A DNA stretch of 34,281 nt from an uncultured archaeon (GTDB lineage: Archaea > Aenigmatarchaeota > Aenigmatarchaeia > CG10238-14), in the NCBI GenBank assembly GCA_964392445.1, contig CAYMPD010000012.1:1-34281 (forward strand). The letters are read 5' to 3'. Position 1 is the stretch's first letter. The number at the start of each line of letters is the position of its first letter. The position numbers and the translations under genes were made by a program. The notes below the pieces were generated by a model that saw only the letters and a list, made by a program, of their open reading frames with translations, was not told where the DNA came from and searched no databases. Below, piece after piece: positions 9,001 to 15,874 of the stretch.

Positions 9001-10835
9001 ATTTTACGGGATACATCGATACAAATTACGGGACAACAATTCACTTAGACTTGAATGGTACGGGTTACGGTGAGGAATTTATATCTGGAAATGATTCAGT
9101 TATTGAGAATTTAACTGACACTCATGTTTTGAATGTCGGAAAAAAATATAATATAACTACCCATTTCAATGGAGATCAAAATTATACTGCTTGCCTTGAT
9201 ACGAGCTACCTAACTATGAAAAACTCCTTAATAAATTTCTCTTTAATAGAAGAACCAACTGATCCATCAACCTACTCACCCAGCCGATCATACCAATTCA
9301 ACATAACTGTGACAGACCCAGATACTGAACCTAGTATAGTTTATATAGAATTCAATAATACTACAGGAACATTAACTGATCTCAACAATTTCACAATGTC
9401 AAATGAATCATCTGAGTATTATAAAACGTTCGATGGACTCCCAGCAGGTGTGTATAACTACAAATTCTACGCCAATGACACCCTCGACGATTGGAACTCC
9501 ACAGGACAATATGACTTTACAATTAATCCGGCAATAACCACAACAACAATAATGAGTACGGGTGGTGGAGGTGGTACATCAGCATATAAGATAGATCCAA
9601 ATAAAGAAATATTATATTTCACGATAATAGTCCCAGAAACACCTGCCAAGAGAGAGTTGACTAATACTGAAATTGGAATCAAAGAAATAGAAATCTCTGT
9701 TAAAAGTAGGGCAAGAAATGTTAAAATAACCTTAGAAAAACTGGATAAAGAGTTAAGCTGTTATGGATATAGAGTATCTGGAAAGAAGTACAGTCAAGTT
9801 AATATAACAAAAATTAATATTGAGAATGATAAAATAGAATCTTCAAAATTACGATTTCCCATTAGTAGATCCTGGGTTATTAGAAATAATATAAATCCAG
9901 ATACGATTCATCTATATAAATGTACATCCGAAGGATGGAGAAAACTACCAACTAAGCGAACAGATGAAACTGATGATTCTTTATATTATGAGAGTGAATC
10001 TAAAGGGTTTTCAGTATTTTCTATAGTCGCAGAAGAGATAATAACAAACACTACTACAACCTCGAAAAAAATGATCACGACAATTCTTACTAGTTCCACA
10101 ACCACAATATTAGAAGAGCGAGAATATCATTCCAAAAATAGAATTTATATAGTATTATCATTAATTTCTTTGTTAAGTGTATTAATTATAGTTTGGATTA
10201 TATTGAAAAATCGCAGAGATAGAAAGACACAAAAAATACTAACTAGGCTTCAAAATATCAACAAAATCTTGGAAAGAAAAGGTGGTTTATTAGTTTTGTA
10301 TAAAATATATCCTCAGATCAAAAAAATAGAGAATCTATCTTATAAACTAGTAAAAACCCATTTAAGTGAACAACAAATATCTAACCTTAAAGAGGATTTA
10401 ATTGAAATTGAAAATAATTTAGAAAATACGGTTAGTATTAACATAGAAGAGATAAAAGGCGAACTTCAAGATGCAAGTCTCCTGCTTAAAGAGGGACATG
10501 AATTATCGATTTTATATAAATCTTGGAAACATATTAAGAAGGCTGAACTTTTATCAAAGCAACTAATAAAAAACAGGAAAGTTGAAATAGAAAATTCGAT
10601 AATGAAAAAAGAGGAAAGATTTCTGAATGAAATTGACGTAATTGAAACTGAAGCTGGAAATCTCAAAAATGCTGGAATTGATACTAGAGAAATAATAGAT
10701 AGACTTCAAACTGCCAAAGAACTTCTTAAAGACCCGAAACCACTGAAAATCTTTAGAGCTGAGACCCAAATTAAAAGAGCCAAAAAATTAACAGAGCACT
10801 ATATTAAACAACAGGAAAATAAGGAAGAAGATTAG
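3..10835 (+). CDS. Giant multidomain cell-surface protein (>3,600 aa, 5'-partial): repeated Ig-like modules, 5-repeat beta-propeller, parallel beta-helix (NosD/PbH1-like), two 7-blade beta-propellers, PGF-pre-PGF-like domain, Thr-rich linker, TM helix, ~210-aa cytoplasmic tail
   Basis: The frame is open from nt 3 (YTSGARTVFVTFD..., which resembles the internal NYTSGMRTLFVEF), so the GTG at 24 is not the true start. It has dense N-x-S/T sequons, repeated modules, W..LPT...YYESESKGFSVFSIV (PGF-pre-PGF-like) and a TM helix IYIVLSLISLLSVLIIVWIIL. Confidence 0.9.
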   Translation, partial: YTSGARTVFVTFDQDAPKWSDNRTSIQTPLTYIPDQSYQFNITWTDDIDLDTVFIEHNFTGSSTPHNDSFTGSNGEEYYFDAQDLAAGTYVWRSFANDTSGNDNVTDQWTYTIERRSPMNTILAANNMTITAGGSYSGFDTPWVSDSGIVSNLTDIGGYSAPAVFNKDGTWYLITGKSLGTFEGKRWSTSESNWTDDLSIISGLGDVGYYSAPAVFNKDGIWYLVAGNDSGHFSGFSWTGLNPYWQSNSGITSGLPDVGSDSKPTVFNMDGTWYLISGGKSGVFYGFNWTGSSWQSDSNINASLGDVGSHSAPAVFNKDGTWYLISGEDDGDFKGYNWTGSSWQSDSDINVSLGDVGSNSTFTVFNKNGLWYSIAGNGEGTFNGYNLTESLTVQTGYQVLGYENNTGDSGCNYTLYRNGTLTNNPNTSYTPSYYNYSYHTSGCSNYTSGMRTLFVEFTDQISPKSRNQGTNDTDNIINRGSAINLTAQGYDNSALDYAILSTNETGIWQNYTDGTHGSPIDMGDVSQTWSWSNFTWENSSISSKTTVGWKIYYNDTSGNENGTEIHTFRINCLVPSENLIINDNVFLCSGIYYLNDTDENGVLLINSSDMIIECNKTVLEGNYTESSIGINHTKGFDNVTIKNCEINKYDTGIYLKNTNNNTVRNNNFTNNDDDILIWDSNDNLLKDNILYNSSGSGIYLYTGSNNTVRNNTITESGNGIQIYHASENIVLNNTINATSGIGVYIGYISSSNNILENNTITYSDSYGIGDFDESENTTIRYNNLEHNSYGLYLYDPGNNTTITQNNISSNTYGVMFDDQEKTDRIMRLNNNTIFDNEIGLYIDFSTNIFVKGGSIHGNTEYDYYLKYVSSLWDYEIINNTFRNTNFTSSRKIYFNDTNVWFYYNNDPLDGIWLNTSLNQGRENITRRIISWNESLVQWTDSGNSNANYTLSGMKTSTKYSIFNNSIYFDTKTTDVDGILPRFSVNLSSEHEIKVEEDTESPLWNDTNGYLGSNMSTPSQGDAVLLHSMGYDGSALDWAWMETNETGQWRNYTYIEDDSEDANACCNNTDCGLNCSNAYDEDWGTLLVPDCEDTWYVYENHTIPPHIKSGRWKTRGAGYFGSDVIVYVRNSTGWQEIGRIEESEKNLTIDIPSDVFSLDVLQIKTEINDTSCLLGGGTSYYYEGMALWRPYKSPMYMNDASQIWSWSNFTWENSSISFGSTVGWKIYYNDTSGNENGTDIKTFIITDSIMPQYSNNSTNTTSPDEGSSVKISSNWTDNVGLDIAWLSTNETGQWENYSYSAPSGYRPININTTAGESWSNFTWQNTSLSAGDVVTWKIFANDTYGNENVTGESTFTLIKRWLEVNLTTPRNFTSTSPYNVNQNDTFSVSATIKCRSTPSGYSCNDVYGGIRYNGSSPTEPDTMVNTSEGDKPFYLVNIFEDTWRNVTSLTPSTDDVYSIEIDENYLYIGNGGSGDEDVYVVAKNSTWDNITTLQVISSDVRSITTDENYVYVGGYGNDVKVIKKNSTWDNITTLTPATNAVFSITTDDNHVYIGSLDDKVHVVAKNSTWDNITTLTPATNWVYTISTDDNYIYIGGNDDNVHVVAKNSTWDNITTLTPATDSVFSTTTDDNYVYIGGYDDKVHVVAKNSTWDTITTLSQATDYVKSLTTDENYIYIGDDNGEVHIVAKNSTWDTIGTLTLSTSAIESIKTDENYLYIGGRDNKVHVVSKANLAGQHYSDPVGWDRVDSPWVISKPDPMPLTPREEPVDLKQNPVSVMDKNNSVYEDREWGNVTSLTPASTDINSLTTDENYVYIGADDTNVYVYTKNSTWDNLATLTPATSKVNSVTSDDNYIYIGSADTNVYVVAKNSTWSDISTLSYSPSYVDQLVTDDNYIYIGSGNDDVYVVAKNSTWDNITTLTEPTSGVKSITTDENYVYLACKDDNVYVVAKNSTWNNVNTLNMAFADAEFVATDENYVYMAYSNDNVYVVAKNSTWDNVTTLTPATGLVRSITTDDNYVYIGGYDDKVHVVAKNSTWDNITALTPATSNVDSVTTDDNYIYIGGSDDHVHIVDKRQSLTYYHSPVDNPQSLGLMSDGDQHQLNWTLNATGSLEMYLIDANFTSSVSDLAENNTNNNYICIGGECIPGPKWSENKTFPLTPQTYTSESNYQFNVTWIDDAGLDTIFIEHNFTGTATPHNDSFTGNNGDEYYFSISDLGVGTYVWRSFANDTNGEGNVTDQWNYTVTQADSEPGMVLTLDASSSSLQNRLYPNRTNIQVSESNIGDGGCSYLLAENGTSVSNGTKRLAARSYNFTYNTTGCQNYTDAHREIILIVGKGVAHITISGVSNGTYPISQNIYFEINDTNGLTGSIYYNGTMFTNNTNPDLGAGLWNITAYTSGNENYTSDLTTSWNQISKGTSGVSLFINGTEGNVNIYNNTAVNITVVNNVSSTTVFMNTNRTKWSPSSDTTPYENTSEIMYSTVGAKINVTGWWGGNENYTSDDQTYYITLVDEIGPLWNETIGYLDSNISNPNQDEPVLLYSMGYDDTALDWAILSTNETGSWENKTSYSSPMDMSDTAVTWTWSNFTWKNSSLVKGTVVGWKVYYNDTSGNENGTDIKTFTINQNPKWLNNLTFPLTPQTYTSESNYQFNVTWIDDAGLDTIFIEHNFTGTATPHNDSFTGNNGDEYYFSISDLGVGTYVWRSFANDTNGEGNVTDQWNYTVTQADSEPGMVLTLDASSSSLQNRLYPNRTNIQVSESNIGDGGCSYLLAENGTSVSNGTKRLAARSYNFTYNTTGCQNYTDAHREIILIVGKGVAHITISGVSNGTYPISQNIYFEINDTNGLTGSIYYNGTMFTNNTNPDLGAGLWNITAYTSGNENYTSDLTTSWNQISKGVPTFSTFIFSPIAYETLSNYSGSESNSGDSDCTYTLLRNGSSIGTGSSISDRDLLGVRAYNYTYYTDGCTNFTVSQDEQILEVNQKIPNCTLYINGSTENQSYYSGQIVNFTGYIDTNYGTTIHLDLNGTGYGEEFISGNDSVIENLTDTHVLNVGKKYNITTHFNGDQNYTACLDTSYLTMKNSLINFSLIEEPTDPSTYSPSRSYQFNITVTDPDTEPSIVYIEFNNTTGTLTDLNNFTMSNESSEYYKTFDGLPAGVYNYKFYANDTLDDWNSTGQYDFTINPAITTTTIMSTGGGGGTSAYKIDPNKEILYFTIIVPETPAKRELTNTEIGIKEIEISVKSRARNVKITLEKLDKELSCYGYRVSGKKYSQVNITKINIENDKIESSKLRFPISRSWVIRNNINPDTIHLYKCTSEGWRKLPTKRTDETDDSLYYESESKGFSVFSIVAEEIITNTTTTSKKMITTILTSSTTTILEEREYHSKNRIYIVLSLISLLSVLIIVWIILKNRRDRKTQKILTRLQNINKILERKGGLLVLYKIYPQIKKIENLSYKLVKTHLSEQQISNLKEDLIEIENNLENTVSINIEEIKGELQDASLLLKEGHELSILYKSWKHIKKAELLSKQLIKNRKVEIENSIMKKEERFLNEIDVIETEAGNLKNAGIDTREIIDRLQTAKELLKDPKPLKIFRAETQIKRAKKLTEHYIKQQENKEED
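429..1170 (+). repeat. Five coding repeats of ~49-51 aa (W.SDS.I...LGDVG..SAPAVFNKDGTWYLISG), probable 5-bladed beta-propeller
   Basis: Five copies are visible in the protein, and nucleotide blocks such as attcagccccagcagtcttcaacaa recur. Confidence 0.8.
4326..5195 (+). repeat. Seven tandem 41-aa (123-bp) WD40/YVTN-like blades, propeller 1
   Basis: Seven copies counted of the consensus WDNITTLTPAT..V.SITTDDNYVYIGG.DD.VHVVAKNST. Confidence 0.9.
5364..6224 (+). repeat. Seven tandem 41-aa (123-bp) WD40/YVTN-like blades, propeller 2
   Basis: Same consensus, seven copies, separated from propeller 1 by a Pro-rich linker of about 56 aa. Confidence 0.9.
6456..7241 (+). repeat. 786-bp direct repeat, copy 1 (262 codons, TFPLTPQ...WNQISKG)
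   Basis: The translation is identical to copy 2, and nucleotide spot checks showed no differences. Offset is 1431 bp. Confidence 0.9.
7887..8672 (+). repeat. 786-bp direct repeat, copy 2
   Basis: Matches 6456-7241, and the sequences diverge immediately after ...tttctaagggg. Confidence 0.9.
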
Positions 10836-10844
10836 AAAATTTGA

Positions 10845-11774
10845 TTAAACCGTCAATAAAACTACCCGGCTCGGTTTAAAATCATCCTTAATTTCAAAAG
10901 AAGAGTTGTATTCTATTTTTTTAGCAAACTCAAAGACTTCCTCATGATAAGGCATCGCATCGTGCGGCAACCTCTTCCTCGATTCTCCCACGTGAACATA
11001 ACCTTTGGCCTCAATAAAATCGGGGTTGAGTTTTTCTATTAATTTAATATATTCTTCAGGTTTAATCATGTTGAAGTTTTTAACTAATGTAATCCTAACA
11101 ACCTTTCTGCAATCAAATGAATTAACTAATTCCAGTGTCTCATTTAACTTTTCCCAAATTTGGGATGCTAGAGGTTTACAAAGTTGATCATAGATTTCTT
11201 TGTTCGGTGCAGCCAAGGTAATATATAACTGGAATGGTTCTTCTTCTAATGCTTCCAATCTCTCAGGTAAAGTTCCGTTAGTAACGAGAAAAGTTATTAT
11301 ATCCTTTTTATGAGCTTCTTGGATTAAGTCTCCAAGTCTAGGGTACATAGTAGGTTCTCCAGTAAGACTTATAGCCATGATGTTAGGTTTTAAAGCTTCT
11401 CTCCATCTTTTCTTATCTATTCCCTCCCATCCTTTGTAGCCTTGGAGTAAAAGTTTTCTCTGTTCTATGGAATTTTCCAAGATTTCTTTGGGATCATCTA
11501 ATTCTACTCCCTTAAAAGATTCCTTCCAAGATATGCCTCTATCCCCTGAGTGCATTCTCCAGCAAAAGAGACAATTCTGATTACAAAACAACGAAGGTGA
11601 CATCTGCATACATCTATGACTTTTAACAGGTGGATACCACTTCTCTTTATAGCAAACGCCCTTACCCCGTAAACTATTCCTAGTCCAACGGCACGTTTTA
11701 ACGACACTGTGGTATCCAGAGAATCGATAGCCCTGTTTGTACAATGTATTTTTCAGTTTAGGGTTGTTTATCAT
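10845..11774 (-). CDS. taw1: 4-demethylwyosine (imG-14) synthase Taw1/TYW1, radical SAM tRNA-modifying enzyme
   Basis: HSVVKTCRWTRNSLRG...CYK, SHRCMQMSP, CNQNCLFC (CxxxCxxC), AISLTGEPTMYP, FIEAKGYVHVGESR, MPYHEEV. Confidence 0.95.
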   Translation of the reverse strand: MINNPKLKNTLYKQGYRFSGYHSVVKTCRWTRNSLRGKGVCYKEKWYPPVKSHRCMQMSPSLFCNQNCLFCWRMHSGDRGISWKESFKGVELDDPKEILENSIEQRKLLLQGYKGWEGIDKKRWREALKPNIMAISLTGEPTMYPRLGDLIQEAHKKDIITFLVTNGTLPERLEALEEEPFQLYITLAAPNKEIYDQLCKPLASQIWEKLNETLELVNSFDCRKVVRITLVKNFNMIKPEEYIKLIEKLNPDFIEAKGYVHVGESRKRLPHDAMPYHEEVFEFAKKIEYNSSFEIKDDFKPSRVVLLTV

Positions 11775-11821
11775 GAGTAAAAGTAGTTAGAATAGAGATA
11801 TATAAAGGTTTCAAGTTTTTT

Positions 11822-12061
11822 TCAATTTATTGGTTTCCCTGCTTGGGGATTCCTTGAACTATCGACGAAAACTAATATACCAACTACAAATATCATTAAA
11901 ATTTCACCTAGAGTCATTCCTGCTAAAATACAATTTCTTTCTTTTAACTCCGGAAATATCAAATAGAAATCTAAAATTCCAATGATCGCCAATATTATCT
12001 GGATTATATTCTTTATTTTGAAATCCTTTGTATTAAACTGTTTCTCATACCCCAAACCCAA
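11822..12061 (-). CDS. Small hypothetical membrane protein (2 TM), start uncertain (TTG)
   Basis: Two hydrophobic segments, co-oriented with neighbours. Confidence 0.45.
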   Translation of the reverse strand: MGLGYEKQFNTKDFKIKNIIQIILAIIGILDFYLIFPELKERNCILAGMTLGEILMIFVVGILVFVDSSRNPQAGKPIN

Positions 12062-12065
12062 GAAA

Positions 12066-12158
12066 TCAACGTCTGGCTATACTGTAAGTTAAAATCGCCG
12101 CAATAAAAACAAATATAGTAAATCCTACGTATACAGCCGTATCAGATAATTCAATCAT
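12066..12158 (-). CDS. Putative 30-aa single-TM micro-protein MIELSDTAVYVGFTIFVFIAAILTYSIARR (not in ORF track)
   Basis: ATG...TGA fills the intergenic gap, with a hydrophobic core and basic C-terminus (positive-inside rule). Confidence 0.5.
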   Translation of the reverse strand: MIELSDTAVYVGFTIFVFIAAILTYSIARR

Positions 12159-12194
12159 AATAATTAATAGAACTTTTAGAATAAAAGTAATTTC

Positions 12195-12632
12195 CTAAAC
12201 CTTAACACTAATTTCTATCTCTTCCCTTCCGCAATAACTCTTAGCAAAAACAATCAAACTATAATTACCTTCTGAACCAATATTGGGACTCAAGTAAACA
12301 AAAATCTCCTCAGATTCTCCTTGATCCAGTCTTACTTTCACAGGTCTAGTAGCAACCCATCTAGGGCCCTCAACCCCAATCCTGAACTCGTCCTCAAAAC
12401 CATTATTGGTAACCTCAACCTTAATTAATTCTCCTTTACCCACTTCCAATTCCGCAGAATAACTCTCTGGTTTTAAATCAACAGAAAAGTGTTCACAATA
12501 CTCTGGTTCTCTTAGGATCAATTTCCCCAAATAACTATAACCAAGATATCCTAGTAACCCAAATAGCATTACCAAAGCTACAGCTGTAAAAATAAACGCC
12601 AACAAACTATTTGTCTTCATTTTTGTCCTCAC
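12195..12632 (-). CDS. N-terminally anchored protein with one Ig-like domain (alternative ATG at 12620)
   Basis: N-terminal TM. The domain aligns by eye with the last repeat of 12789-14387 (WVATRPVKV..IFVYLSPNIGSEGNY vs WVAIRPKQV..VYVYYSPEYGSLGEF). Confidence 0.8.
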   Translation of the reverse strand: MRTKMKTNSLLAFIFTAVALVMLFGLLGYLGYSYLGKLILREPEYCEHFSVDLKPESYSAELEVGKGELIKVEVTNNGFEDEFRIGVEGPRWVATRPVKVRLDQGESEEIFVYLSPNIGSEGNYSLIVFAKSYCGREEIEISVKV

Positions 12633-12787
12633 CGGAGTAGTTTAACCAACACATAGATTAGGTCTACTACCCCCACTAGAAGACCTGTTAAAACGATGAA
12701 TCTTCCCAAATCGGATTTAACCTTCGCTTCTAGAGCTACCGCTAGAAAAACAAAGAAACTCGTTACCAATAAAATTAATTCTATCAT
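12629..12787 (-). CDS. Putative 52-aa two-TM membrane protein MIELILLVTSFFVFLAVALEAKVKSDLGRFIVLTGLLVGVVDLIYVLVKLLR (not in ORF track)
   Basis: Starts 1 nt after the stop of the upstream gene (TGA-A-ATG), and its TGA overlaps the GTG of the downstream gene (GTGA). Confidence 0.7.
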   Translation of the reverse strand: MIELILLVTSFFVFLAVALEAKVKSDLGRFIVLTGLLVGVVDLIYVLVKLLR

Positions 12788-12788
12788 T

Positions 12789-14387
12789 TCAACCACTCAT
12801 AACTATAAAGTAAATTACTGCGAGTATCATTAACGCGATCACAACCCCGATAACTAGTGAAAGAACCATCTTGTTCATTCCCAGTTCCTCTACCTTTTCA
12901 TTCAGGTTTGAACTTAAATCTGAAAAACTTTCCCAAATTCTACCAAATGCTCCTGTTGGTGGTTTTGTGATATTAACCTCGGGTGGCTCTATTATTACTG
13001 TTTCGGTAGTTGTTGTAATATTTTCTTCATGCTCAGTTACATTCTCTTCAACTGTTGTAGTTAGTTGTTCTTCCAAAATTGTAGTGGGTGTTTCCTCCAC
13101 TGTAGTTGTTGCTCCTGTAATTTCTTCTCCTTCAACATTCACTAAGACTGTTTCACTATCAAACGCGGTATCAGACTCTACTGAAATTTCAACGTTGAAT
13201 TCTCCCAAAGATCCATATTCCGGACTGTAATAAACATAAACCCTCTCAGTCTTATTTGGTAAAACTACTACCTGCTTTGGTCTTATAGCCACCCAAGCTA
13301 CACTAGATTTAATTTCAAATGTGTCAGCTCTTGTCCCTACATTTTTAACAGATGGTTGTGTTAATTTCCCTGTTCCTGCTTGGATTGTTATTTCGTTTAC
13401 ATCCAACTCAAGATCTACACCATAACACTTTTCTACAATAAATTTCACCAAACCTTCTTCCTCCGTTCTCTCCGAAGACACTGAGAATGGTATATCATAA
13501 ACACCTTCTCCTCCCTTAACAAATGTAACTTCAAACTCCTGTACTTGCCCAGGTTCCAGATCAATAATATCTGAAAAACCTAACTCCTCTATATTTACTT
13601 CATAAGTATCTTCTCTTATTCCTGTGTTAAAAACGGATATCTTAAAACTTTCCTCAACATTCGCGCAGGTTCTAACTTCCTCAGGGTAAGTTACTTCAAA
13701 ATCAAAGCATTTCTTTTTGGTAATAACCGAAGAAGCCGACGCTGAGGCATAACTATTGGTTGACTCAACATTTACTTCAAGGGTATAATTTCTCTCTTCA
13801 GTATCACATTCTGCTCGAATGGTAACTGGGATTTGTTTGGACTCGTTTGGCTCTACTGTAAAACTTTCGACTTCCACATCAATTATATCCAAAGCATCTC
13901 CAGATAATGATAATGCTAGATTCTCAGAGTACTTTCCCGTGTTCTCCACAACTATCATTGTTTGATCCTCTTCACATATACACGAGGTTAATTCAGTTGG
14001 TATAAGTAAACTTACACTATGATCTTTGACTATAGTTAACGTAAAATCATCAGAAACACCGTTAATAACAACCTCTCCTAGATAAAAATTCTCTTTACTG
14101 GGTTGAGGAGTAACGAATAAGTAGACTTTCTTAGACTCTCCAGAAGCTAGATCGATTGAATCATGGCTCAAAGAGTACCAATCCTCAGGAATACCCTGAA
14201 CGGAAACAGTATAAGTCTCATCTACCAACCCTTCATTCTCAACTAATATATCATACACAGCTATCTCGTAAGGATTGACTGATAACTCTTCAGGAACAAT
14301 ACTAACTGAAAGATCTGAATCTTGCGCAAAAGCGCCGGCCATTAATAAAAGTCCGAAAATTACACCGAAAATTATTTTTGTTTTCAT
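12789..14387 (-). CDS. Secreted, C-terminally anchored surface protein with ~4 tandem Ig-like (COG1470/NEW3-like) domains and a Thr/Glu-rich stalk
   Basis: Signal peptide MKTKIIFGVIFGLLLMAGAFA, repeats of V.N.G...DTY/F, TTTVEETPTT linker and C-terminal TM. Confidence 0.85.
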   Translation of the reverse strand: MKTKIIFGVIFGLLLMAGAFAQDSDLSVSIVPEELSVNPYEIAVYDILVENEGLVDETYTVSVQGIPEDWYSLSHDSIDLASGESKKVYLFVTPQPSKENFYLGEVVINGVSDDFTLTIVKDHSVSLLIPTELTSCICEEDQTMIVVENTGKYSENLALSLSGDALDIIDVEVESFTVEPNESKQIPVTIRAECDTEERNYTLEVNVESTNSYASASASSVITKKKCFDFEVTYPEEVRTCANVEESFKISVFNTGIREDTYEVNIEELGFSDIIDLEPGQVQEFEVTFVKGGEGVYDIPFSVSSERTEEEGLVKFIVEKCYGVDLELDVNEITIQAGTGKLTQPSVKNVGTRADTFEIKSSVAWVAIRPKQVVVLPNKTERVYVYYSPEYGSLGEFNVEISVESDTAFDSETVLVNVEGEEITGATTTVEETPTTILEEQLTTTVEENVTEHEENITTTTETVIIEPPEVNITKPPTGAFGRIWESFSDLSSNLNEKVEELGMNKMVLSLVIGVVIALMILAVIYFIVMSG

Positions 14388-14501
14388 GACTAATCAATAA
14401 ATAAAACCCATGTTAAGGATTTAATCCTTTTCCCAGATAGTTTTAAGAGTTTTATTGGAATTTAGAGATTAGGTTTTGTTATATTAGATAGAAAAGATTT
14501 T

Positions 14502-14594
14502 TCACGAGAAGTAGATGTAAAGGATCAATGTGATTGTTACCAGTAAAATAATTATTGCCTCTATTCGCAATCTTAACTTACCTTTACTTCCCAT
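14502..14594 (-). CDS. Putative 30-aa micro-protein MGSKGKLRLRIEAIIILLVTITLILYIYFS (not in ORF track)
   Basis: Basic N-terminus plus TM; the ATG lies 1 nt after the upstream TAA. Confidence 0.5.
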   Translation of the reverse strand: MGSKGKLRLRIEAIIILLVTITLILYIYFS

Positions 14595-14595
14595 T

Positions 14596-14676
14596 TTAAT
14601 CACTGCTCCCTATGAGCACCATTATCACTAATAAAATAATTATACCGATTATTATTATCAAGGCTGAATCTATCAT
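14596..14676 (-). CDS. Putative 26-aa micro-protein MIDSALIIIIGIIILLVIMVLIGSSD (not in ORF track)
   Basis: ATGA overlap with the stop of 14673-14939; single hydrophobic helix. Confidence 0.5.
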   Translation of the reverse strand: MIDSALIIIIGIIILLVIMVLIGSSD

Positions 14677-14939
14677 CCTTTCACACATCTAATTTTAGTT
14701 TTTATTCTATTAAATTTTCTTCCGAAGATGAGCCAACTAATCACTATTCCACTCAAAATCGTTATTATCGAGATAGAGATGAATTTCATTCTAGCGAGGT
14801 GGATTTTTTCTTTAAAAGCGATGACAAGTAATGAAACTACAAAAGAAAGTAAAGCTCCCCAGACTAGTTGTAGGAATAATTTTATCTCCTCGTGCTCTAA
14901 TTTCAAGATAAGTAACTCTTTTTCTCCCTCTCTAACCAT
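14673..14939 (-). CDS. Hypothetical two-TM membrane protein
   Basis: ATG start, two hydrophobic helices and a basic tail. Confidence 0.65.
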   Translation of the reverse strand: MVREGEKELLILKLEHEEIKLFLQLVWGALLSFVVSLLVIAFKEKIHLARMKFISISIITILSGIVISWLIFGRKFNRIKTKIRCVKG

Positions 14940-15033
14940 AATTTAATTTAGTCCTATCCCATAAATATTATTCGAGTTTAAGTGACAATTAAGTAAAAGA
15001 TTTAATGTTATTTACCACAAATTATTTGTCAAT

Positions 15034-15107
15034 GCCTCTGTAGCTCAACCTGGTAGAGCAATTGCCTTGTAAGCAATAGGTTGTGGGTTCAACTCCCACC
15101 GGGGGCT
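15034..15107 (+). tRNA. tRNA-Thr(UGU), CCA not encoded
   Basis: Cloverleaf: GCCTCTG/CGGGGGC acceptor, GCTC/GAGC D-stem, ATTGC-CT-TGT-AA-GCAAT anticodon arm, GTGGG-TTCAACT-CCCAC T-arm, U73. Confidence 0.95.
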
Positions 15108-15113
15108 TCATTT

Positions 15114-15308
15114 TTACCCAAAAACCCCACTAAAAAATCTAACCAACACCCTAATAAGCTCCCCAGTAAAAGATATGGTCTCGTTCAAGTATATCTTCGG
15201 ATAAGGCGTTTTAACAAAGACGACAAGTAAAATAAGTATCACAAATGCGACTAAAATTATCAAAGTCCATTTCTTCCCCAACTTCTTCAACCTTTTCATC
15301 CTATCCAA
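15114..15308 (-). CDS. Small single-TM hypothetical protein
   Basis: Lys-rich N-terminus followed by a TM helix. Confidence 0.6.
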   Translation of the reverse strand: MDRMKRLKKLGKKWTLIILVAFVILILLVVFVKTPYPKIYLNETISFTGELIRVLVRFFSGVFG

Positions 15309-15373
15309 TAACTTAAATGAATTTTGGATTATTTAATGTTTGTTTTTTATTTTCTGAACTTTAACTATTATCT

Positions 15374-15874
15374 ATGCTAGAATACACTTTTTGGGAAATT
15401 ATCACGGGTTTTGGTAGTCTTCATTTCTGGATAGGAGCTTCATTAGCTTGCTTATTTTTCTTTTTCACAGTTCCGAAAAAATCCCGAAAATATTTTGTCT
15501 GGTTTATATTTCTAGTTTTACCTTCAATAATAATTGCTAATAGTATTACCCAGGGGATTAAACTAATACTTAGAGTTCCTAGACCATGTTATGGTTTACC
15601 TGATTGTCCACATAGTTTCTCAATGCCGAGTGGTCATACAACTGTTGCCTTTGCTGCAATGACTGTTCTTGGGCTGCATTACAAAGATAAGAAGTACCTA
15701 TTACTTGCCTTAATTTTCGCAGAACTTATTGGTATCTCCAGAATAGTTTTAGGCGTACATACTATTCCCGATGTTCTGTTTGGATCTTTTATTGGGATTT
15801 TGGTTGGTTTTACTGTACATAAAGTATATGAAATACACTACAGAGAATTTGAAAATGTTGTTAAGAAAGTTTAG
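15374..15874 (+). CDS. PAP2-family membrane phosphatase (possible polyprenyl-pyrophosphate or lipid phosphatase)
   Basis: PAP2 motifs KxxxxxxRP (KLILRVPRP), PSGH and SRxxxxxHxxxD (SRIVLGVHTIPD). Confidence 0.9.
   Translation: MLEYTFWEIITGFGSLHFWIGASLACLFFFFTVPKKSRKYFVWFIFLVLPSIIIANSITQGIKLILRVPRPCYGLPDCPHSFSMPSGHTTVAFAAMTVLGLHYKDKKYLLLALIFAELIGISRIVLGVHTIPDVLFGSFIGILVGFTVHKVYEIHYREFENVVKKV

Noticed and set aside
619-10769. Alternative-frame and antisense ORFs inside the giant gene (619-915, 3019-3228, 4135-4347, 6133-6318, 7653-7862, 9467-9682, 10466-10666, 10563-10769)
   Set aside because: Shadow ORFs fully overlapping a well-supported CDS, with no motifs.
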